This document shows, piece after piece, positions 11,216 through 24,220 of a stretch of DNA of 64,000 nt (positions are counted from its first letter, which is position 1; each line of letters starts with the position of its first letter). Position numbers and translations under genes: made by a program. The notes beneath the pieces are model-generated. The model did no database searches and was not told where the DNA came from. It worked only from the letters and a program-made list of their open reading frames with translations. Origin of the DNA: Octopus bimaculoides (Eukaryota); contig NC_068995.1 of NCBI RefSeq assembly GCF_001194135.2, positions 2,744,477 through 2,808,476 on the forward strand. The letters run 5' to 3'.

Positions 11216-11260
11216 TTACTACTGTTGCTACTATTATTACTACTATTACTACTACTATGT
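11125..11260. repeat. (ACT)n/(CTG)n trinucleotide microsatellite
   Basis: Direct reading; source of the poly-Tyr/Cys ORF 10908..11345. Confidence 0.95.
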
Positions 11261-12094
11261 TAACCCTATCATTAGAGTTGGTATTTCTTCAGGCCCTTTA
11301 TATTCTGAGTTCAAATCTTGCCACCGAGGTCAACTTTCCCTTTAATCTTCCTCCACGGGGTTCATAAAATAAAATACCACTCAAGTGGTAGGGGTCGATG
11401 TAATTGACTAACTCCTTCCTTTGAGAAATCGCTGGCCTTGAACCTTAATTAAAAACAATTATTGCCATGACTGTCACTATTATAACTCCAGGCCACAGAT
11501 GCTCAGAGCACCGAATAACAGCAGCTGTTGCAACTGCTATAACTTACAACCATGTTAACCCTATCACTACTACTACTACTATAACTATTAAAACTGCAAA
11601 CCCCAGATGTTAGTAGCACTGAATAATAGCTGCTACCACCACCACCACCACCACCACCACTACTACTGGATGTCTGTTAACGGCTCCACAGCCTACAGCA
11701 GCTGGTGGTATTACTGTGTGATAGTTACTAGTAATACTACCATCACCACCACCCCTATCACATATCAGTCTGCAGCTGTCGGTGGTACTGAACTGTGTAA
11801 TAGTTACCAATAAAGAAGGTGTGGGCTCCGAAAAACCACATGATGGGCTACACATTTAAGAGAGTGGTAATACCCCCCACACACACACCCACCTCCCAAA
11901 CACAAACTAAAGGGACTCTCCCCCCCTCACCTCCACATTGGACAAACATTTCTTGTACCAATAGAATGATAAAATTCGTCCAGTACAATCCATTGAGTGT
12001 TTGTCAATAGGAGAGGCATCCAGTCATACATAAGTATGCCAAATAAAATGGAATAGAGAATCAAGAGATAAACCTAGGCTACTGCCTTCGTGGG

Positions 12095-12230
12095 GATATC
12101 AAACTTTGAATATAGAACAGAATTGATATCAAACTTTGAATATAGAACAGAATTGATATCAAACTTTGAATATAGAACAGAATTGATATCAAACTTTGAA
12201 TATAGAACAGAATTGATATCAAACTTTGAA
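12095..12230. repeat. Perfect 30-bp tandem repeat, 4 copies plus 16 nt
   Basis: Unit gatatcaaactttgaatatagaacagaatt at 12095, 12125, 12155, 12185, partial at 12215. Confidence 0.98.
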
Positions 12231-12553
12231 TTGGTAAAGAACAGAGAGAACTCTTTCGATCTCCTGCATGATTTAGCATCACCACCTAGAGCTAAATCCT
12301 TAGGGACCTCTAGTGGCATCCAGTTGAGTCAGGCTCTTAGTCTAAAGATACCTTTCTCCTTCTTTCCAACCAGTCTCAGAGACTTTGGAAAAGGGGTCAT
12401 GGATGTGACTAAATGACAAAAAAAAAAAAACTATAGTGCTAATCTCACAAATCCTGTAAAATGTTGTGGGTGTTGACCTGACCTTTTTTAATTAAATCAT
12501 GTAAAGATGAGACAAGAAAAGAAAAAAAAAAGAAAAAACAGAAGGATACTTAC

Positions 12554-12656
12554 AGATCGAAATATCATATGAAGTGGCATTGAAATATGGAAATTTAATG
12601 CTAAATTGTTGATAACTTGGACAGCAAAGAACATGGTTACCATTACTATATAGTTC
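12554..12656 (-). CDS. SLC35B4: SLC35B4-like exon (103 nt)
   Basis: tttaaag|g AAC TAT...CGA TCT|gtaagt; NYIVMVTMFFAVQVINNLALNFHISMPLHMIFRS with the family motif MPLHMIFRS; phase compatible with both neighbours. Confidence 0.96.
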
Positions 12657-12751
12657 CTTTAAAAGAGACAAATGACAAACAGGTTAGTTTCAATCAATAA
12701 AAATATGTTTGTGTGTGTATATAATATATCTATATGTGTATATGTATATCT

Positions 12752-12922
12752 GCGGCGAAATGCTTAGCGGTATTTAGTCTGTCTTCATGTTCTGATTTCA
12801 AATTCTGCCGAGATCAACTTTTCAGGGCCGATAAATTAAGTTCCAGTTGCATACTGGATCGATCCAAATGACTGGCCCTCTCCCCCAAAATTTCGGTCCT
12901 TGTGCCTAGAGTAGAAAAGAAT
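12752..12922 (+). mobile_element. SINE family B, well-preserved 5'-truncated copy about 95 bp from the exon 3 acceptor
   Basis: gaaatgcttagcggtatt...ttcaaattctgccgagatcaac...ccttgtgcctagagtagaaaagaat. Confidence 0.85.
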
Positions 12923-13720
12923 ATGTAAGTCTGTGTGTATGTATCAAAAAGTTCTCTGACTAGTTCTGTAGCATGCCAACAGATGGCAGCACATACAGTT
13001 GCGTGCACAGTGAGAGCTAGCAGTGACCTTCATGGGGCAGTGTGCTGAGTGACATTGCTGTGTTTACTTCACAAGTTGTGAACTCAGCAAATAATATTGG
13101 TCAGTTCGACCAAGGCTATACAATAACAACAATTAACTCCCCATATAGCATTGGTCAACTTAGACTGACCAAGCCTACACAACAGTAGCAACAACGACGA
13201 CAACAACCAACTCCCTACATACTACTGACTGACCCAGCCTATACAATAACAACACCAGTGTCCAGTGAAGGATCACAAATCAATTCAATGCAATATCAAA
13301 CTCTGTTTTATAGATTTGTTCAGAAGCTTCGTTCTTATTGATTTGTAGCTGCTGTTAAATCTTAATCACACAAATCTTTAATCAACAGTATTCCAGACAT
13401 CATCTTGTATTTCTTTTCTGTCATTGTTTTTCCAGAAATATTATTCCAATGACCTTTTTTTAAGACAGTATGAACAAATTTGAGGGAGATTTAGCCACTA
13501 TCTTTAACAAATTTGAGGGAGATTTAGCTGTTATTTTTAACAAAACTTCTCTGCTTCCTGAAATTCACCAACAGTACATCATATGCACCCCACCCTATTT
13601 TTTTTCATTTTTACAACTCCTTTGTTGTTCTCTTCTTATGTCCTGTTCGTGCACTTTTGGCTACCTTTTCTGATGATTTGTGGAGCACCTGAGCCCTGTA
13701 TACAATAAGTTCACTATAAT

Positions 13721-13837
13721 CACTAGCGTAACTGGAGTGTGCGCTGCCCCCAGACCCCACAAAAGTTACATATTCCTTACAGTAGACCCAAAAGTGCCAT
13801 CTGGGGTGGACTGCCCACCCTCCCAACTATGCTAGTG
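13721..13837. mobile_element. 117-bp hAT-like MITE
   Basis: Termini cactagcgta / tatgctagtg; flanks actataat / attataat (7 of 8, 8-bp TSD); sibling at 35269-35369. Confidence 0.7.
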
Positions 13838-14814
13838 ATTATAATAATATGGTGTAAGTATGAGAAACCATTTTTGAGAAGCAAGCTGCATGAGACCTGG
13901 TTTATTATCAGGTGGACCGTTCTACTAAAAGAACTGAAGATGATCTTTTGTTAGGCACACCATTCAGAGGGCCCCATGGGTTGCAGTTTGACCATGATTG
14001 ATACAGAGGTTCTATGATTGTCTTTGGTGATGACCAAAACAGCATTGACTTCAGATCTGCCCATAGTCAACACTATTTGTGATAAGCCAAGTACCTGTAA
14101 TACACTGGGGGATATACTCAATCCACTAATAAATAATAGATAATCTAGAAATATCAGCTTTGTGTTTGAAAAAACAAATCAATAATAATTGATGTAAAAC
14201 TGAGTGTGTTTGGACCGAGTGAGTGTGTAAATGTGAGTGTGCATGAATGCATAAATGCATGTGTTTGTGGGGCTGTGTGTGTGTGTATTTGAGGATCGAG
14301 CATGTGTGAACATGTGGATGTGAACACGTGATTGCAAGTGTCTGAATGCATGGAGGTGAATGTATGTGTTTAAATGCTTGTGTGTGAATGCATGTGTGAA
14401 TATGAATGTAGTGTGTGCCTTAGTGATGCATGTGTGTCCATGGCTACATGAGTGTATATATGAATGCTGTGAGTATACATGTGTATGTAGCAAATGTTGG
14501 AAGCATGTATGTTTATGTGTTTGTGTGTGTGTGTGTGTGTGTGGGGGGGTGAGGAGCTGGCAGAATCATTAGCATGCCAAGCAAGATGCTTAGTGGCATG
14601 TCGCCTGTCTTTATGTTCTGAGTTCAAATTCCACCAAGGTCGACTTTGCTTTTCCTCCTTTCGGGGTTGATAAAATAAGTACCAGGTGAATGTAATTGAC
14701 ATTCCCCTCCCTGGTTTTGGTGGTCTTGTGCCAAAACTTGAAACCAATGTGTGTGTGTATGTGTGCGTTTATGTATATATATAAAGTGAATGTAGGCAGG
14801 GCCATCTCAGAAGC

Positions 14815-15010
14815 CCTGTAGGCCTAGGGCAAATCAATGCACTGAGCCCTAAAGCATTTATTGACAGCAAGCACAAACATACATAGATCAGAATTGGGTC
14901 CCTAGACTAATGAGGCCTCCAGGGAAGTCAATGTACTGGGCCCCAAAGTATTTATTGATGGCAAGCCACAGCATACATAGATTGCAATTGGGTCCCTAGA
15001 CCAGTGAAAA
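14815..15010. repeat. Degenerate tandem duplication of about 100 bp
   Basis: aatcaatgcactgagccctaaagcatttattgac...catacatagat..aattgggtccctaga occurs twice. Confidence 0.75.
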
Positions 15011-15109
15011 CCCATGCAACTGCCCAAGTACTGGGTGCAGGTTTGTATATAGTGTCTATAGGGATGTGTATTTGTGGTGTGCATATATATCTATATATTC
15101 TTTTATTCT

Positions 15110-15460
15110 TATATTTGTTTCAGTCATTTTGACTGCGGCCATGCTGGAGCACCGCCTTTAGTCGAACAAATCGACCCCAGGACTTATTCTTTATAAGCCC
15201 AGTACTTATTCTATCGGACTCTTTTGCTGAAGCGCTAAGTTACGGGGACAACATCACTTGTCAAGCAATGTGGGGAGACAAACATAGACACACAACATAT
15301 ACAAATATATATATATATATATATATATATGACAGGCTTCTTTCAGTTTCCATCTACCAAATCCACACAAGGCTTTGGCCGGCCTGAGGCTATAGTAGAA
15401 GACACTTACCAAAGTGCCATATACTGGGACTGAACCTGGAACCATGTGGCTGGTTAGCAA
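15110..15460 (-). mobile_element. SINE family A near full-length copy
   Basis: Head, body, internal (TA)n and tail colinear with 55058-55410. Confidence 0.85.
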
Positions 15461-16049
15461 GCTACTTTGTGTGTGTATGTGTGTGTGTATATGTACATAT
15501 GATGATCAGTCAATATCTGTGCAAGAATGTGTTAGTATAACAGTGTGTGTAATCTGTCAATATCTCTCTCTCGCAAACATATATATAAAATTTTTGTGTA
15601 AAAAATGATAAAAAATGCACATATGTGTGTGTTAATATGTGTGAGTATGTGTGTGTGTGTGTGTGTTTATGTGTGTGTATGTGTGGATCATACATATAGT
15701 TATTCAATTCATAAAAGGTGAGTTCATGTAAGAAATTGAAAAGAAAGTCAGGGCCCCTATCACCTCCACCACCACCACCACCACCACCAGGACCACTACT
15801 TTCTCCCACCTCCTCTTATCAGTTTGGACTGATATTGTGAATTGGTAGGGAGGGAGTGGTGGTGATGATGATTTTGCTCATCATCATCAGTTGCTATGAC
15901 AACAAGCTATAGTAACCACAGATGTAGGTAGGAGATGATGCTGTTTCATTCCAGATTTACTAACAGATAGCCTATTTTATTATATCTCTTATTTAGTCTA
16001 AGACATAGATTGGAGGGGAGGGGGGAGGCCGAGATTAGTGGAGGACTGC

Positions 16050-16452
16050 AAGATATGTGTGTGTGCATGTATATATGTGTGTATGTATATCTGTGTGTTA
16101 TATATGTGTATGTGTGTATGTATGTATATATGTGTATGTATGTGTCTATGTATATATGTATGTGTATGTATATGTGTGTGTATATGTATATGGGTGTGTA
16201 TATGTATATGGGCGTGTATGTATATGTGTGTATGTATATGTGTGTGCATGTATGTGTGTGTATATGGGAGCGTGTATGTATATGTATATGTGTGTGCATG
16301 TATATGTGTGTGTATGCATGTGTGTGTATGTATGTCTGCATGCATGAGTATGTACGTATGAGTATAAATTTATATGTAGGTCTATGTGTGAGTGTGTGTG
16401 TGTATATATATATAGTATAAATATATAGGTGTATATATGTGTGTGAGTATGT

Positions 16453-16504
<52 letters not shown>

Positions 16505-16530
16505 ATATATATATATATATATATATGCGC
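16050..16530. repeat. Compound (TG)/(TA) microsatellite tract
   Basis: Direct reading. Confidence 0.95.
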
Positions 16531-16619
16531 ACACACACACTAGAAAGGAAAGGAGAAAAAGATTAGTAATGTACTGTAGCCAAGAGAGAGAAAGAGAGAG
16601 AGATTAGTATGGTACTGTA

Positions 16620-16653
<34 letters not shown>

Positions 16654-16799
16654 TAATGTAGTGTAGCTGTTGTAGAGCTGGGCATCTCCAACAGATTTGT
16701 GTTTATACCTTAAAGAGGAAAAGGAGGAGAGAAGCAGACAGAGAAAGGATAACAATAAGAGGGGGGGAGGTGAATAGAACAGCTGCCAAGCAGGGAGCA

Positions 16800-17010
16800 C
16801 CTACCTGCTCTCTCGATTTGCTAAAAATAGCAGTCACATCTGACTTAAATCACATTCTATTGTTTTAGGAAGAGGACGTGCTGGGTTATGGTGCATTTGT
16901 GCTGGGTTTGCTTCGTATAGGACGAAAAGAAAAAAAAGAAACAAAGGTACTTTTGACTGGAATGCTTTTGATCATATCTACTCAGTGAGAGCTGACCTGG
17001 GGTTAAACAA
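16800..17010 (-). mobile_element. Repeat family G copy (tgtttagccccagg...gaccatcctgtctttt...gagggagatttggctgctatttctagc)
   Basis: Related segments near 140-270, 23230-23330, 30870-31050, 36200-36400, 49850-49990, 50600-50760, 57120-57230. Confidence 0.65.
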
Positions 17011-17437
17011 CTATACTTTTTTTATATCTTATTTAGTCAGGAAGAGGAGGAGAAATAGGGTGAAGGAAGAGGAGAGAAAGACAGCCAGACAATCAGAGAG
17101 AAGGAGGGATAGGGAGAGAGAGAGGCAGTCAGACAATCATCAGTAGTTTGTGTTTGTGTGTTAATGTGTGTTTGTAGATGCTTGTGTGCATGTATTTGGG
17201 CATGAGAGTGTGTCCTTGTGTATGTGTGTGTATGTGTCTGAGTGTGTTTTTGTTAGTGTGTGTGTTTGTAAGTGTATGTGTATTTGTGTGCGTTTGTGCT
17301 TGTGTGAGTGTGTGTGAGAGTTTGTGTGTGTTTATGCATGTGTGTTTGTGGATGTGAGTGTGTTTGTGTGTATGTCTATGTGTGTGTGTGTGTATGTGTC
17401 TATGCGTGTGTGTGTGTGTGTGTGTATGTGTCTATGC

Positions 17438-17481
<44 letters not shown>

Positions 17482-18261
17482 AATATAAGNNNNNNNNNNN
17501 NNNNNNNNNNNNNNNNNNNNNNNNNNNNNNNNNNNNNNNNNNNNNNNNNNNNNNNNNNNNNNNNNNNNNNNNNNNNNNNNNNNNNNNNNNNNNNNNAGGC
17601 AGCCAGACAGTCAGTTACATGTGTTTGTGTTGCACAGAGAGGGTGGGGAAGAAAGAGAGAGAGAGAGGTAATAGTGAATGAAAAAGATATTTTCAAGACT
17701 GTTATATTTTGGTTTTATAGAGAGAAAGAGAGAGAGAGAGAGAAACCTAAGTGAATGCAGCAGATATCAATTCACAAGTTTCATCTGTAAATAAAGTTGA
17801 CTACATTATATTGATTTCAGACTATGTTGTAGAAGCAGAGATATAGAGATGGGGTGGGGTGGGGGAATTATAAAGAGGTGGTCAGTAGAGATAGGAGATG
17901 GGGTGGGGTGGCAGTGAGAAGACAGCTTTTTTTTTTTGGCAATATATCTTAATTTTTCTAGAAGAGCTACAGGGACCATAAACATCACAATATTGTTTTT
18001 TACATTACATTGTACAGATTATATGAAAATAAATAAATATATTGTGTCGAAATGTAATATGAAAGTACAAAGTGGTATGGCTGTGTGGTAAGAAACTTGC
18101 TTCTAAACCACAATGTTCCAGGTTCAGTCTCACTGTGTGGCACCTTGAGAAAGTGTCTTCTACTTATAGCCTCAGGCTGACCAAAGCCTTGTGAGTGGAT
18201 TTGGTAGATGAAAACTGAAAGACGCTTGTCGTAAATATATATATATATATCTATATACATA

Positions 18262-19015
18262 CAGGGTGCAGACAGTATTCGTTTGTTTGTTGACTGTCTC
18301 AAGAAAAAAGTGTTTTTATTCTTGTTTTGAGATATGTTCAAATTTGGATCAGTTTCTTTTCATGACATGTTCCATCGATCTTACTCAATGAACCCACCTT
18401 TGACTCAATGACAGCCTCCAGGTGACCTCAGAACTAACTACAGACCTCCATCCCTATTTCCAGCTTGAGGCACCTAAAGACCCTCATAATACCGGATGAT
18501 TTGCTCATCTTTTGTTCCACTGTGTCCCACACAAAGAAGTCAAGGGGGGTTGCAGTCAAGCAAGTTAGGAGGTCAAATGTCAAGTACTGTGTGATCAAAG
18601 AAATTCTCCAACGTGCCTGGGTCTTCTGGCTGGTGTAGCAGGGGGAAGAGCCTTAGTGACACATGTACAGCCTCCTTGCAGCTACACAGTTAATCCAGGG
18701 CTTCATCACCTAGCTCAGAACAGAGATGTAACTGTCAGTGTTCAGCCTCAGGGAAGAAGTGGGGTACAATGACATCACCTTCACTGCTGACAACACTGAA
18801 GACCATGATTGTCACCAGAAATTTTTGTCTGCGTGACTCAGGACCATGTCCTTAGGTGAGACAGCAAACCACTTGTTATTATGAGAGTTGATCTTCTGGT
18901 CTTGACAGAAATCCTCGCCAGAAAAGTGCCTCAGCATACCAGGCTTCAGTGGGTGTTTCATCTTGTTGATCAGCTTCCTGGTCTGCTCAAGTCACTTTTC
19001 CTGCATCACCTTAGA
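18262..19015 (-). pseudogene. Tc1/mariner superfamily (maT/DD37D-like) transposase relic with one terminal repeat
   Basis: Minus-strand frames give EDFCQDQKINSHNNKW, KFLVTIMVFSVVSSEGDVIVPHFF, VMKPWINCVAARR, PPNLLDCNP/LDFFVWDTVE with stops and frameshifts; TA|cagggtg terminus at 18260-18268. Confidence 0.85.
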
Positions 19016-19422
19016 CATCACATTAGCAACTGGTGTTGGTGTCTCTACATCTCTATAACTTAGTGGTTTGGCCAAACAGACCAACAGAATAAGTACCAGG
19101 CTTAAAAAAACAAAAAAAAATCTGGGGTTGATTCATCTGACTAAAATAGTCTTCAAGTAGGTATCCCAGCATGGCCACAGTCTAATTACTGAAACATGGT
19201 TTCTGGTTCAGTCCCACTGTGAGCCACCTTGAGCAATTGATGTTTACAATAACACCTCAGCTGATCAATGCCTTCTGAATGAATTCTCAGGCTGAAAGTG
19301 TGGACGTTAAATGATGACGATGATGATGACGGTGATGGTGATGGGTGTGTGTGTGTGTGTGCACGCATCCACCACTTGACAACCAATCTTCATTTGTTTA
19401 CACACACACACGTGCATATATA

Positions 19423-19459
<37 letters not shown>

Positions 19460-21186
19460 ATATAGCTGAGACCTTATGCAGCTACTCGAAACTTCATATC
19501 TGAATGGATTGAATTGCAAATGCTGATCTACAATACAAAGCAGCACTCAAATGAATGCATATGTATGTATGTATGTATGTACACACACAAAAGCACACAC
19601 AGAGTTGTCTATGAAAATTGGAATATTATGTAGATATTGAATATTAGTTGTCTGTTAAGTCAGAATATGAACATTTCCAATGTATTAGATTCAATAATTC
19701 TAACATGTCCTCTACCCAGTATTTTGTTGATATAAGCAAACATTTATGGCTTCAACACACACCAATCATTCGAATTCCAATATCTCCAAATATGAGAATG
19801 TAATAAGAAAACATCTGAAACATATCCTTATAATAGAGCTGCAGGTATAGAATATCAGTTTATACTTGGTTGGAATTCTTTTGGTTTCAATACATTACAG
19901 CCTCAGAGGTTCTGTATTTCTTCAACCTTCCTTCAAACACTACGAACCCAGCTATTTGAAGTTCAGCATCAAAATCCTTGCAGTTAGTGATGGTTTGACA
20001 TACTATATTACAGAGAGAGGTTGAATTTTTGTATTACTTCAGTGTCACACACTACTGAGATCTAGTACTAAGCCAAGAGATCTTGGAGCTCTTCAGGTTT
20101 CTGTCAGCCAATGAGCTATTTGGTAATGTGGTATTTCTGCCCCAGCAGTATTTGGCATCATCATTTAATGTCCATTTCTGAAACTGGTGGAAGATTTTAA
20201 TTCAAAACTTATGGAAACAAGACATTTGTACTTAGAGCCAGAGCCGGTTTCAGCTGGGTTGATAACAAAAGGGTTAAACTATATAAAGCTTGGAGGCCCT
20301 TTATTATGTCCTTTAATGATTTTGAGGTCATTGTGGTTAGTAAGGTCCTAAACTGCAGCTGGTTGACTTTATGTCCAAATCTAACTCTACCTGTAAATAG
20401 TGAAATCTGTTGAATTTTAAAAGGGAGATAATTTTGGTTTGACCTCTTTTCTATTGGAATACCCAGAATGCATCAGATTTCATAGCAAACACAAACTGTA
20501 TTTCGGGAGACAGGTGTTCTCACCTCAGCTGAACTGGTGTTAAGAATATAAGATCAATACATTATAATTTTATCAATACTTCTTACAAATTTCCTTGATA
20601 TAATAATATTGATAATTTATCTCTATATCTAGAGTAACACTCTGATGATTTGATTAACACTTAGTAGGTCTCAGACTTGTTTTAAACTTGGTAATACCTG
20701 AAAATGGAACTCAGAAGTCTAATCTCAGAAACTCATGTTCTAACAAATAAGCAGTAGATTCTTAAAAATCATGTAAACCTGTAAATCCATAATTCCCCCC
20801 CCCCCCCTACCCACAGAAATATATTAGCAATGTTTTTTGTCTCCTCTCTCTCTTTTATCATTTAAAAATAGAGTTGAATTCCACATCACTCTTCTCTCTT
20901 TACCAAGGTATGGGTAAAAAATTAAGAGCTTCAAATCGCTTCTTTTTATTAAATGTTGCAATTTATCCAACCCCTTTCAATCGCCAGGAGCCCTATCAGA
21001 AAAGGGCATCTCCTCACATTCCATTCCATCTATGAAAAACACTGATATAGACAATATCTTTTGTAAATAAAGTTACCTCATTTACTCATGTGTACATCAC
21101 ACTGTTTTATAGTTGAATTTAACTGAAAAATACTGGGGTGCAACTTATACAAAACACTATGAAGGGGTGAAAATTTTGTACCAAGA

Positions 21187-21440
21187 TCATCATCATTTAA
21201 TGTCTGCTTTCCATGCTGGCATGGGTTGGACGGTTTGACTGAGGACTGGCAAGCCAGAAGGCTACACCAGGCTCCAATCTGATCTGGCAGAGTTTCTACA
21301 GCTGGATGCCCTTCCTAACATCAACCACTCCAAGAGTGTAGTGGGTGCTTTTATGTGCCACTGGCACAAGAGCCAGTCAGGTGGTTCTAGCAACAACCAT
21401 GCTCAAAAGGTGTTTTTTATGTGCTACCTGCACGGGAGCC
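21187..21440. mobile_element. Family C repeat, well-preserved copy
   Basis: catcatcatttaatgtctgctttccatgctggcatgggttggacgg...ctggatgcccttcctaac. Confidence 0.8.
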
Positions 21441-21441
21441 A

Positions 21442-21489
<48 letters not shown>

Positions 21490-21739
21490 AGGTGATGACA
21501 TTATGTGACCAAGGACAGTAAGACTTAAACAAGTGATTAAATATAGAACAAGAAAAAGTGCGAGACAGAATGAAGGGGTCGAAAGACTGAATTAAGAAGA
21601 CAGAATAAGAATCTAACAACAGGAGCCCATCTGTCTCCACAAAGACACACAACAACGATCATGTGTGTGTGTGTGTGTGTGCGTGTGGAGTTATTCAACT
21701 TCACATTGTAAGAAGCTCCCTGTCCTCACTATTTTCTTA

Positions 21740-22045
21740 CTTCACTTACACACACACACACACATACATATACATACATGTGTGCATGTATATATACACA
21801 TATATATACGCATATTTATGTACATATATATATATGTACATATGTGTATATACATATATATATATATATATATATACATACACACACACATTATATACAT
21901 TATATATATATATAGATATATATATACATATATATATACATACATATGTGTATATATATATATATATATATACATACATTACATACATATGTATAATATA
22001 TATCATATGTATATATATACATACATTACATACACATATATATAT
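21740..22045. repeat. Compound (TA)/(CA) microsatellite
   Basis: Direct reading. Confidence 0.95.
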
Positions 22046-22414
22046 GCATCTGTGTCTGGCTAAACAAGATTAAAACAATGGTTACATGAAAATCTAATTA
22101 TTATTTTTCACATCAAACTTCGTTACCATTCTCATAGAATTAGTTCTCAGGAAGGCAGAAACAATGTTTCACTTTTCTTTTTCAAATGTCAACTGACTCC
22201 TTGCTCCACCGCCGCTGCCACCACGCCTTCTTTACAAACAAACAATTCTTTCAACCTCTCTGAGTTCGGTAGCCTTGGTCCATAATGTTGTGGGTCAACT
22301 AGATCTGCCCAGCACACCACGGGTCAACAAGACCTTTACTATTAATAACTTGCAGCAATTACTAGAACAGACCACTTCTAACATTCCACTTCGCAATACA
22401 AATAATAATAATCC

Positions 22415-23175
22415 TTTCTATTATAAGCACATGGCCAGAAATTTTAGGGGAGAAGGTAAGTCGATTACAATTACCCCAGCACACAACTGGTACTTATTTT
22501 ATTGACCTCTAAAAGGATGAAAGACAAAGTTGACCCCAGCAGAATTTTAACTTGGGATGTAAAAATCGATGAACTGCACTAAGCATTTTGCCTGGCATGT
22601 CCACAGTTCTGCCAAGTCACTGCCTTAGTAATAATAATAATAATAATAACAACAATAAGAAGATCACTGAGAGAGCACAAACCTTCACCAAGGCAACACC
22701 AACATTCTCTCAACGATTAGCAAGAGATGATTTATAAAATGAGAATATCTGAAATAAACTCAACTGCTCTCACAAATGAGAACACTAAAAATGAACCCGA
22801 CCGTTGATTACATCAATCCCAGTGCTTAACTATTCTCATTTTATTGGTCCCAAAAGGATGAAAGTTGAACATGACAGCATTTGAATGAGGAGAGTAAAAA
22901 CAAAACAAAATGCCAAGTGTTTTGTCCAACACGCTAAGGATTCTGCCAGCTTACCACCAGAAGTGATAATAATGGTGGTTTCAAATGTTGGCACGAGGGG
23001 AGCAGGTTTGGGAGAGGGGCTAACTTGGTTAAATTGATCTCAGTGTTCAGCTGGCACCCATTTTATCGACCCTGAAGGAATGAAAGGCAAAGTCGACCTC
23101 ATTGGAATTTGAACTCAGAACATAAAGACAAATGAAATGCTAGAAAGTGTTTTGGCTGACGATTCTGCCAGCCCA
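22415..23175 (-). mobile_element. Three family B SINEs in tandem with a family F fragment (22650-22800) inserted at the (AAT)n linker
   Basis: Three repeats of the B core; the F segment is homologous to 37240-37430. Confidence 0.75.
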
Positions 23176-24220
23176 CAGTAATTAGTAAGAGTATTAATAT
23201 TCATGGGTTTTTATATTGTTGTTGAGTCCCAGGTGGTCAAATATAATTATTAAAATTAAAGTTATGATGATCCTGTCTTTTTAAGCCACAGTGTATCTTG
23301 GACTACATTATGTAATAAGCTACAGTAAACTTATGTGAGTGGAGTCAGAGAGAGAGAGAAAATGTGTGTGTGTGTATTTGTACTAGTTAAAAAATACATC
23401 TGAGTGTTTTTTTTGTTATCAAATTTCATGCTTAACAAATAAAAACAAAGAATATATTAATGGAAAAGACAGGAGAGAACAGTTTTCCATTTTTCACCTA
23501 AAATTGTAGCCATCTTTAGAAGTTAGAAAAACAGATCTATTGGCATACAGTTTATTTAATGCAGCACGGAATTTTGTCAGTGAACAGGTCACAGTCTCAA
23601 AGTGATGAAAATATTTTGGCAAATTAAATTTAAATGTTGAAGTGAATCTAACAGTTTTTGTGTGTTTTTAAATGGCTTAGAAACACCTTCCACACTGCAA
23701 TTGTTTTTGTTTCAGCACACGATCTCAGATCAGGTCACTTGCTATGCAAGTACATCTCAGTTTATTTAATGTTTTTTAAAAATTTCTCCTAAACCCTGAG
23801 GGAGGTTTTAAGGTTCAGAGCTTATCCCAGGAGCCATGACTTGTAGTGGTTGTGACAGGAGTCTCTCTCTGAATAAGACACTGTTTTATCCCAGATGAGA
23901 TTTTTCAAAATATTCTGGTACGTATTGCTGCTATCAGAGTGAAATGAAGCTATAGAGAATAATGTGGTCGGAACAGATATAAAGCAGGATTTTGAAAAAG
24001 CACTGAACTTGAACTCATGACCTGTAGGTAGGTGGAACAATAATTTATTTCATTCAATTATCTTGTTGCTATGAAGGAATTAAAGAAAACAGAAATGTCA
24101 AATAAATTGTTCTGGAGATAAAAATGGTCAAGCAGCGAAAGAAGTGAATTAACAATTCAACAGTGAAGCAAAAGCAAGTTGTCATTGTACAGAATATATA
24201 TATATATATATACACAAACA

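Noticed and set aside
10908-11345. Poly-Tyr/Cys 145-aa ORF
   Set aside because: (ACT)n/(CTG)n microsatellite running into a SINE
12095-12230. CRISPR-like 30-bp repeats / repeat protein ORF 12090..12416
   Set aside because: Units are contiguous with no spacers, there are no cas genes, the context is eukaryotic intron, and the ORF is a by-product of the 30-nt period
15946-16536. Long His/Tyr/Ile/Thr- or Val/Cys-rich ORFs (also 21663-22073, 43977-44255 and others)
   Set aside because: Translations of (CA)/(TA)/(TG) microsatellites; some ORFs also run through N gaps
20641-20660. C/D-box snoRNA or hammerhead at isolated CTGATGA motifs (also 13670, 39550, 61685)
   Set aside because: No matching terminal stem, D box, or stem II plus GAAA geometry
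22190-22245. Minus-strand peptide KEGVVAAAVEQG resembling synuclein repeats
   Set aside because: Bounded by stops, no splice signals, and synucleins are vertebrate-specific; chance match
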